Assembly: GCA_963717045.1 (NCBI GenBank)
Contig: CAVQVD010000010.1
Span: forward strand, 166,125-230,124
Direction: 5' to 3'
Length of the DNA stretch: 64,000 nucleotides
Source: an uncultured delta proteobacterium
GTDB taxonomy: Bacteria; Desulfobacterota; Binatia; Binatales; Binataceae
Position numbers and translations under genes: made by a program. Shown piece by piece: positions 57,403 to 64,000 of this stretch (position 1 is its first letter; the number at the start of each line of letters is the position of its first letter). Under the pieces are notes generated by a model, which had not been told where the DNA came from, did not search any database, and was given only the letters and a program-made list of their open reading frames with translations.

Positions 57403-59589
57403 TCACTCGGCAACGGGTCTCAAGTTGGCGAATTTCAGCACCAGCAATTTCACGCCGCTGCGCTCGAAATGTACCCACGCCTTGGCCGCATCGCCGCGCC
57501 CCTCGCGTCGGCGGACTACGCCGCGGCCGAAAGTCTGATGGACGACCTGTGCGCCGACCGCGAGCTGTTCGCCGTCGCCCGCCTCGCCATCTTCGGAGAT
57601 TTGGCTGCTGCTGTAGTCAACGTAAGTGCCGCGTGCGGGTGGCCTGAGCACTGAGCCCGGCTTCTCGGGCGCGATGCGAGTGATCAGCGCGGGATCAATT
57701 TCGCCGAGGAAGCGCGAGGGCCGCGACTCGTTGCGTTGTCCATAGAGTTCGCGCGTCAGCGTGTTGGTCAGGTACAACAACCGCCGGGCCCGCGTCATCC
57801 CGACGTAGCACAGGCGGCGCTCCTCTTCGACTTCGCGTCCGTCATCATGCGAGCGAAAATGCGGAAACAAACCTTCCTCCATTCCCGCGATGAACACCAC
57901 TGGGTACTCGAGTCCCTTGGAGGTATGCAGGGTCATCAACGCGGCGCGCCCACCACGGCCGGAGACCTGGTCGGCATCGCTGACCAGGGCCACACGCTCG
58001 AGGAAATCGGCAAGGCCGCCGTTTTGTCCCTCCGCGTCGAAGGCGTCGGCTGCCGATAGCATCTCGGCGACATTCTGACGACGCGTCGCGCCATCCGCCA
58101 TCGCGTCAAGATAGCTGAGGAATCCGGCGCGCGCGATCACCTCGTCCAGGATCGCGCGCACCTTCATCGTCGGCGCGCGCTCGGCGAGGTCGTGCATCCA
58201 CCCATACAAGTCGCCCGCTTGCTTGGCCGAACGCAGCGCCACGCGCGAGTTGGTCTCCAGGCGGCCCAGCGCCTCGAAAGCCGTCACGCTCTCCTCGGCG
58301 GCGATTTGTGCGACGACCTCGAGCGTCTTGGCGCCCACCCCGCGGGTCGGCGCTCCGACCATCCGCTCGACGCTAACCGCGTCGGCCGGGTTGGCCAGTA
58401 CGCGCAGATACGCGAGCAGGTCCTTGACCTCCCGATGCTCATAGAAGCGCAGTCCGCCGACCACGTAGTACGGAACGCGCCGCCGCACCAGCGCCTCTTC
58501 AATGACACGCGCCTGCGCATTGACCCGGTAGAAGACCACAATGTCGGCCGGTTCGGCGCCGCCACCCTCGGCAGTCAGGCGCCCGATCTCGCGCGCAATG
58601 AAGTCGGCCTCGTCACGCTCGGTTACGCCTGTGAAATAGGTGACCAACTCGCCCGAGGCGTTTTCGGTCCATAAGCGCTTTTCCTTGCGCTCGCGATTGT
58701 TACGGATGACGGTGTCGGCCGCGGCCAGGATGGTCTTGGTGGAGCGGTAGTTCTGCTCGAGTTTGAAGATGCGCGCCTGCGGAAAATCCCGCTCAAAGTC
58801 CAGAATGTTTCGGATGTCGGCGCCGCGCCAGCGGTAGATCGATTGATCCTCATCGCCGACCACGCACAGGTTCGAACTGCGAGCGGAGAGCGCACGCACC
58901 AGCAGGTACTGCACGCGGTTGGTGTCCTGGTATTCGTCGACCAGCAGATGCTCCGCGCGCGACTGCCATCGCATCAGCACGCCCGGGTCGTGCTCGAAGA
59001 TCTCGTGGACGTTGAGCAGCAGGTCGCTGAAGTCCATCGCATTCATCGCGCGCAGCCGCTCGCGGTAGAGCCGGTAAATCGTGGCGAGCGCGGCCTCGCG
59101 GCCGTCGCCACCGACGCTCGCGGCGAAAGCGGCGGGGCCGATGGCGTCGTTCTTGAGCTGCTCGATTCGCGCGCGCGCGATTTCGGGCGCGGGCGCACCC
59201 GCCAAAGCCGCCTCTTCGATCACGCGGCGCATCACGGTCATGGCGTCGCCTTCGTCGAGGATCGAAAAGTTTGGCCGGTATCCAAGCGATCCGGCGTCCT
59301 GGCGCAGGATGCGCGCGCAGGCCGCGTGAAACGTGCTCACCCACGGCCAGCGCGAATCCTCGCCGACCAGCGTCGCGATTCGTTCGCGCATCTCGCCCGC
59401 CGCCTTGTTGGTGAAGGTCACGGCGAGCATCCGCTCGGGCGCCGCCTTGCGTTCGGCGAGCAGGTGGGCGATACGGTAAGTCAGTACGCGAGTTTTGCCC
59501 GAGCCGGCGCCGGCCAAAATAAGAATCGGCCCGTCAGGCGCGAGTACGGCGTCGCGCTGGGCGGGATTGAGATCGTCGAGGTTCAACAT
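57403..59589 (-). CDS. uvrD: UvrD/PcrA-type ATP-dependent DNA helicase
   Basis: Walker A AGAGSGKTRVL, ..LVDEYQDTN.., ..TLHTSKGLEYPVVF... 728 aa. Confidence 0.9.
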   Translation of the reverse strand: MLNLDDLNPAQRDAVLAPDGPILILAGAGSGKTRVLTYRIAHLLAERKAAPERMLAVTFTNKAAGEMRERIATLVGEDSRWPWVSTFHAACARILRQDAGSLGYRPNFSILDEGDAMTVMRRVIEEAALAGAPAPEIARARIEQLKNDAIGPAAFAASVGGDGREAALATIYRLYRERLRAMNAMDFSDLLLNVHEIFEHDPGVLMRWQSRAEHLLVDEYQDTNRVQYLLVRALSARSSNLCVVGDEDQSIYRWRGADIRNILDFERDFPQARIFKLEQNYRSTKTILAAADTVIRNNRERKEKRLWTENASGELVTYFTGVTERDEADFIAREIGRLTAEGGGAEPADIVVFYRVNAQARVIEEALVRRRVPYYVVGGLRFYEHREVKDLLAYLRVLANPADAVSVERMVGAPTRGVGAKTLEVVAQIAAEESVTAFEALGRLETNSRVALRSAKQAGDLYGWMHDLAERAPTMKVRAILDEVIARAGFLSYLDAMADGATRRQNVAEMLSAADAFDAEGQNGGLADFLERVALVSDADQVSGRGGRAALMTLHTSKGLEYPVVFIAGMEEGLFPHFRSHDDGREVEEERRLCYVGMTRARRLLYLTNTLTRELYGQRNESRPSRFLGEIDPALITRIAPEKPGSVLRPPARGTYVDYSSSQISEDGEAGDGEQLAVGAQVVHQTFGRGVVRRREGRGDAAKAWVHFERSGVKLLVLKFANLRPVAE

Positions 59590-59933
59590 TTTTTGGGGAA
59601 ATTATTAGCGGAAATTCTTGCGCGCAAATTATGTGGCGGAATTTTTGACAGCATCACTAGCGGCATCCTGCAGGAACGAAGTCGCGGCGGCAAAAACGAG
59701 AAGCGCTTATCTGGATGAAAATAGCCGCTTCGCGCGGCGCATCAAACCCTGCGCGCGAAGTTACGCCGCAGAAGCTGTGGATTACTTTACAGCATTCGCG
59801 TTCGTGCCGCGTGATTCGCACGTATCGGAAGACCACGAATGTGCGCCGAACGCGATCTTTTTGCTGCGCCGGCGCTGCTCGACTGGCGATGGTCGAAAAT
59901 GACCCGCCGCAATCTCTGCTAAGCTTGCAATCG

Positions 59934-60587
59934 ATGGCGAAGTACGAACCGCACGACAGCTTTTACCGCAAGGCTCGTGAGCGCGGCCTTCCATCACGCG
60001 CGGCCTTCAAGATCGAAGAGCTGCTGGCGCGCTTCCGGCTCGTGCGTCCGGGCGCGCGAGTGGTGGACCTCGGATGCGCGCCTGGCGGATGGTTGAGTAT
60101 GCTTGCCGCCGCGGTGGGACCGCAGGGCAGGGTGGTAGGAATCGATCTGGCCGCGTGTCCTGCGGCTGCGGCCAATGTGGCCACAATAACAGCCGATATC
60201 CGCGATCTCGCAAAGAATCTGGCGAGCGTCGGGGCAGTGACGGCAGCGCTTGGAGGGCCCGCCGATCTGGTGACCAGCGACCTCGCGCCGAAACTGAGCG
60301 GCGTGGCCGAGCGCGACCAGGCGCGGATGCTAGAGCTGGCGCTCGCTGCTTTGGAATGCTCGCGCGCCCTGCTGCGCCCGGGTGGCGCGATGGTCGTGAA
60401 GCTTTTCATGGGCGGAGATTTTGACCAGGCGGTCGCGGCCTTTGCGCGCGACTTTGGCCAAGTCGAACGCACGCGCACGCGCGCGAGCCGCCCCGGCTCC
60501 TCGGAACTTTACCTGGTGGCGCGCGGGTTTCGCGCGGCGGCGGCTCGAACGAGTGGCCCGCTTGGCACGAGGGGGCCTGTTGGTTAG
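59934..60587 (+). CDS. rlmE: 23S rRNA (uridine-2'-O)-methyltransferase RlmE/FtsJ
   Basis: Internal ATG 59934. ..RAAFKIEEL.., SAM motif VVDLGCAPGGW, DLVTSDLAP, and VVKLFMG. ATG 59889 is an alternative start. Confidence 0.85.
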   Translation: MAKYEPHDSFYRKARERGLPSRAAFKIEELLARFRLVRPGARVVDLGCAPGGWLSMLAAAVGPQGRVVGIDLAACPAAAANVATITADIRDLAKNLASVGAVTAALGGPADLVTSDLAPKLSGVAERDQARMLELALAALECSRALLRPGGAMVVKLFMGGDFDQAVAAFARDFGQVERTRTRASRPGSSELYLVARGFRAAAARTSGPLGTRGPVG

Positions 60588-60615
60588 ACCCGTGCGGGGG
60601 GTTACGCTGAAGCGC

Positions 60616-61458
60616 ATGTGGCATCGCCCCAGAGCGAGCCTGGCCGCTGCCGCGCTTTTCGCGGTCCTGACCGCGATTCTGGCGCTAAGCTCCGGATGCG
60701 CGCGGCGCAGCAACGACGACAGTCCCGCGCCCGGACAGGTGCGGGTCGAGGTCGCCAACGTGGGACTCGACAACGACAGCGGCGCGCACTACGTGCTGCT
60801 CGAGGATTCCGCACACACCCATACGCTTCCGATCATGATTGGCGACGAAGAGGCGCGCACAATCATGCTCGAGATGCACGGGATCAAGCCAGATCGTCCG
60901 CTGACCGAGGATCTCCTGCGCGATGTGATCGAGCAAACAGGTAACCACATTGACCGTGTGGTCATCACTAGCGTTCACGATCAAATCTATTATGCCGACA
61001 TCTATCTCGATCGCGCGGGACTGCGTCTGGACAGCCGGCCGAGCGACGCAATCGCACTGGCGATGGGGATGGGGGCGCCAATCTTCGTGGCCAAGGGCCT
61101 CTTCCAGTCCGCTACCGCGATACAGCATCAAAGGCCAGCGAACAAAAATCTGCCCGCCACCATCACAGCTCAGGACATCGTGGTGCAGGACCTCAGCCCC
61201 TCGCTGGCCCGACATTTCGCAGTGCCGGCGCTGAGCGGCGTGCTAGTGGCTCAGGTTTCGGGGTTCGCCGCGCGCGCCGGCTTGATGTGCGGCGATATCG
61301 TCACCGCGGTGGACAAGCATCCCGTGCATCGGACCTCGGACTTCGTGATGGCGATGGTCGGGTTCAGAGATCCCTACGTGAGCTTCAGTGTGATGCGCGG
61401 ACGGCAGACCCGCACGATCACGATCGAGCGCGAAAAGACTGGCGGCGCCAGCCGCTAG
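60616..61458 (+). CDS. Predicted lipoprotein with bifunctional-nuclease-like (DUF151/BFN) domain fused to a PDZ domain
   Basis: Internal ATG 60616. Signal plus lipobox-like ..ILALSSG/C. BFN-like ..HYVLLED..LPIMIGDEEARTIMLEMHGIKPDRPLTEDLL...DSRPSDAIALAM..APIFV. C-terminal PDZ-like ..GVLVAQV..AARAGLMCGDIVTAVD. Confidence 0.6.
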   Translation: MWHRPRASLAAAALFAVLTAILALSSGCARRSNDDSPAPGQVRVEVANVGLDNDSGAHYVLLEDSAHTHTLPIMIGDEEARTIMLEMHGIKPDRPLTEDLLRDVIEQTGNHIDRVVITSVHDQIYYADIYLDRAGLRLDSRPSDAIALAMGMGAPIFVAKGLFQSATAIQHQRPANKNLPATITAQDIVVQDLSPSLARHFAVPALSGVLVAQVSGFAARAGLMCGDIVTAVDKHPVHRTSDFVMAMVGFRDPYVSFSVMRGRQTRTITIEREKTGGASR

Positions 61459-61470
61459 AACGCTCCACGA

Positions 61471-63195
61471 TTAACCGCGACGGATCAAAAGGCTCCGCAG
61501 AAAGCGCGGATCGATCGCCCGCGGATCGAGCTCGGCGAGATCCTCCTCGAGCACACTAAGGCATGAGGCGACGAAGCCGGCCGAACGGGCGCGGGCGGTC
61601 TCGTCCAATCGCGCCACCAGTGCGGCGTCAACCAGTCGGCGGAAGCCCTCGGTCAGCCGCGCGGGCCGTCCCCCCGGCGTCATTATCGCCGCGTAGAGTT
61701 CGCCGAGGCGGCTCGCTTCGATCGGCGCCGGCGTGAGCCTTTGATCCGGTTTGCGGTCGAGCGCGGCGCGCGCGAATGCCGTGATCAGAATCTGGCCGAG
61801 CCTGATTTCGCGGCCGGCGGTCTCGGCCCGGAAAGCGGGCGCGGCGATATTGATCGCCAGCAGTTCACGGAACAAATCGCGTATCGCTTCAATCTGATCG
61901 ATCACCGCATATCCCAGATGCAGATCGCGCATCGCGGCGAAGTCACGCATCACAACCGCGCCCTGCTCCTCGAGTCCGGCGAAGAAACGTGGGCGGCGCT
62001 CGAGGAACCCGCCCAGGGCCTCGCGATAGGGCGAATCGAGGTAAGCGATTTCGCGCGCGCGTGCGGGATCGAGGCCGAGCGCGGCGGTCACCTGCTCGGC
62101 GCGCTTGCGGAGATCGATGGTCAGGCTCACGCCGAGCCGAAAGAGCAGTTTGAGGTGCGTGTCGCGCAGATGCTCGATCGCGTTATTGAGGTCGCCACCG
62201 GCCAGGTGCTCGAGTCCCAGGTTGAGGTAATGATGGGTCCTTTCGACTGCGACTCGCACCGCCTCGAGATCGCCGAAGTCGACCGCACTCGCGACCAGTA
62301 CCTGGTTGCTCACCAGCGCCATTTCGCTGCGTAGCTGGCGCTGGCCGTGAGCGGCAAATCCGGCCATGAGCGCGGTGTTGAATAGCGAGAGATCGGTGTC
62401 GGCCGAGACCGGCGCCATCCCGTGCGGCACCAGCTCGTCGTCGCGCATCAGGTCGGCGCGCGTCGGCGCGGCGTAGCCGGCGCGAATTTTGAGAAAATCC
62501 TGCGGATTGACGTAGGCGAATACGTCCTGCGCTTCGAAGAAATCGGGAAAGCCGCGGTCGTTCAGCCGCGCTCGCCGGAACTGGTAGGCCTCTTCCTCCA
62601 GTTCGGCTTCACCGCTCCAGTAGATTTCCTCCATCAGTGTGGCGAAGTAGGTGTAATCGCGCTCGAAGACTTCTTCTAGAAAGTCGACCAATGGCTGCAG
62701 AATCGCGTCGTGATGCTGGAACTCGATAATGTAGTGCTCGTCGAATTGCACGAAACGGTCCGAGGGCACGTCGGCCGCGGTCAGCGGATCATCCAGCCGA
62801 TGGACCCGGAAATACTGACGCAACAAGAGCGCCATCATTTCCATGTCGAGCCCCATCAGCCCCTCGGTCATGCGTTTGCGCCCGGCCTCGGTCAGGGCCT
62901 CAATCCATTCGCGCATGCGGTCGAGATTCGGACGGTCGCGGGTCCAGCAATCGAGATCGAACAGTCCCTGGATCTGTTCGGGCACCGCCAGGCTTAACAG
63001 GTCGCCCGAGTCGGCCGAGCCGATTTCCTTCACCGTGTAAAAGAGCGTTTCGGGCGAGAAGGATTGCACCAGACGCTCGGCTTCGGGCGCCGACAAAATC
63101 AAGTCGCGCTTCTGGCGCGCGGGCAGTCCATACAGAAACTCGAGCTTGGCCTTGAACGGAAGGCTGAGGAACTCCTGCTGTCTTGTCGAGGACAT
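61471..63195 (-). CDS. Large conserved hypothetical protein (DUF6178-like)
   Basis: 574-aa cytoplasmic helical protein. N-terminal ..LSLPFKAKLEFLYGLPARQKRDLIL..FDLDCW.. resembles what I recall for DUF6178. The assignment is from memory only. Confidence 0.45.
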   Translation of the reverse strand: MSSTRQQEFLSLPFKAKLEFLYGLPARQKRDLILSAPEAERLVQSFSPETLFYTVKEIGSADSGDLLSLAVPEQIQGLFDLDCWTRDRPNLDRMREWIEALTEAGRKRMTEGLMGLDMEMMALLLRQYFRVHRLDDPLTAADVPSDRFVQFDEHYIIEFQHHDAILQPLVDFLEEVFERDYTYFATLMEEIYWSGEAELEEEAYQFRRARLNDRGFPDFFEAQDVFAYVNPQDFLKIRAGYAAPTRADLMRDDELVPHGMAPVSADTDLSLFNTALMAGFAAHGQRQLRSEMALVSNQVLVASAVDFGDLEAVRVAVERTHHYLNLGLEHLAGGDLNNAIEHLRDTHLKLLFRLGVSLTIDLRKRAEQVTAALGLDPARAREIAYLDSPYREALGGFLERRPRFFAGLEEQGAVVMRDFAAMRDLHLGYAVIDQIEAIRDLFRELLAINIAAPAFRAETAGREIRLGQILITAFARAALDRKPDQRLTPAPIEASRLGELYAAIMTPGGRPARLTEGFRRLVDAALVARLDETARARSAGFVASCLSVLEEDLAELDPRAIDPRFLRSLLIRRG

Positions 63196-63362
63196 TACAA
63201 AATCGCGCGTTGCGCTCGCGGGTCGGGCTGCATTGCTTTACTTCAGTACCATGCGCTCGCATCCGAGCCAAATTACTCTCGCACAACCGTCATTATCCCA
63301 TGGTTGCGCCAGCGTGATATAGTCGTTTGCATTCGTTCGGCAGTTAGCGAAATTCCACCACG

Positions 63363-64000
63363 ATGATCTGCTCGCGATGCGGCTTGGACAATCCCGCGGG
63401 AATGAAATTCTGCGGCAATTGCGCCGCGCCGATAATTAGTATCTGCGCCAGGTGCCGCGCGGAAAATCCACCGCAATTCAAATTCTGTGGACAGTGTGCC
63501 GCCCCGCTTGGCGCAGCGCCGCACGAGGGCTCGGCTGCTGATTCGCGAGCGGCCACGTCTTTTGCCAAGGACGAAGCTACGTCCGCGCCCGAGGGCGAGC
63601 GCAAAACCGTGACCGCGCTCTTCGCCGACATCAAGGGCTCGATGGACCTGATGGAGGACTTGATCCCGAGGAGGCACGCGCGATCGTCGATCCGGCGCTC
63701 AAGCTGATGATGGACGCCGCGCATCATTACGGCGGCCATATCGTGCAATCGACAGGCGACGGCGTGTTCGCGTTGTTCGGCGCACCGGTCGCGCACGAGG
63801 ACCATCCGCAGCGCTCGCTTTACGCCGCGCTCAGGATGCAGGAGGAGATGCGGCGTTATGCCGATAGCCTGCGCGCCCAGGGCCGCGCCCCGCTCCAGGT
63901 GCGGGTGGGAGTCAACACCGGCGAAGTCGTCGTCCGCTCGATTCACACGGGGGAGCACGCCGAGTACACACCGGTCGGGCATAGCACGGGCCTGGCCGCG
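63363..64000 (+). pseudogene. Third zinc-ribbon/class III cyclase(/STAND) paralog, 5' part only, one frame break
   Basis: MICSRCGLDN..CARCRAEN zinc ribbons and ERKTVTALFADIKGSMDLMEDL. One nt is then missing at about 63660-63663. The next frame reads DPEEARAIVDPALKLMMDAAHHYGGHIVQSTGDGVFALFGAP...GVNTGEVVV to the window end. Confidence 0.75.

Noticed and set aside
57332-57478. Upstream 49 codons of ORF 55676..57478
   Set aside because: They would overlap the uvrD 3' end (stop at 57403). The signal/anchor sequence of the L,D-transpeptidase begins after ATG 57331.
59715-59933. N-terminal extension of the RlmE ORF
   Set aside because: RlmE homology starts at MAKYEPHDSFYRKA (ATG 59934). The upstream part is an intergenic region shared with the divergent uvrD promoter.
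63344-63982. 212-aa minus-strand ORF at the right edge
   Set aside because: It is antisense to the cyclase paralog, whose metal-binding and GDG motifs fix the coding strand.

Overview
GC-rich bacterial chromosome segment from a diderm organism: it encodes OM barrels, a Pqi/MCE system, a FadL-like channel and a LolA-like protein. I found no rRNA, intact tRNA, CRISPR array, intact transposase or integrase. All product names come from motifs I recognise in the translated ORFs; no database search was run.

Gene content, left to right:
- A pqiA(split)-pqiB-pqiC envelope lipid-transport locus, bracketed by two paralogous OM beta-barrels and a K+-channel-like gene.
- A LolA-like (DUF2092-like) gene translationally coupled to an extreme low-complexity G/S/Q/N/Y-rich secreted protein.
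- A frameshifted arylsulfatase.
- A Tat-exported amine oxidase, a FadL-like channel and an SDR.
- An A/T-richer island (about 16.5-22.7 kb) of orphan small secreted proteins and lipoproteins. It also holds a decayed cyclase fragment and a tRNA-like 3' fragment.
- A redox-enzyme cluster (2 LLM oxidoreductases, BBE-type FAD oxidase, GFA, amidohydrolase, alpha/beta hydrolase, SDR), interrupted by a lone histone-fold (DUF1931-like) gene.
- An ECF sigma/anti-sigma operon, then polA.
- A GldA/F/G-like ABC operon with a DUF4340-like gene.
- acpS, an acyl-CoA dehydrogenase and sugar-nucleotide genes.
- A tightly linked pair of STAND NTPase genes: one zinc-ribbon/cyclase-headed, one TM-headed.
- An L,D-transpeptidase, uvrD/pcrA, rlmE, an exported DUF151-PDZ lipoprotein, and a third cyclase/STAND paralog at the right edge.

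The most notable observation is that at least 9 reading-frame breaks are visible, and 6 of them lie in the cyclase/STAND paralogs. This could be sequencing or assembly error, or genuine gene decay; I cannot tell which without the reads.
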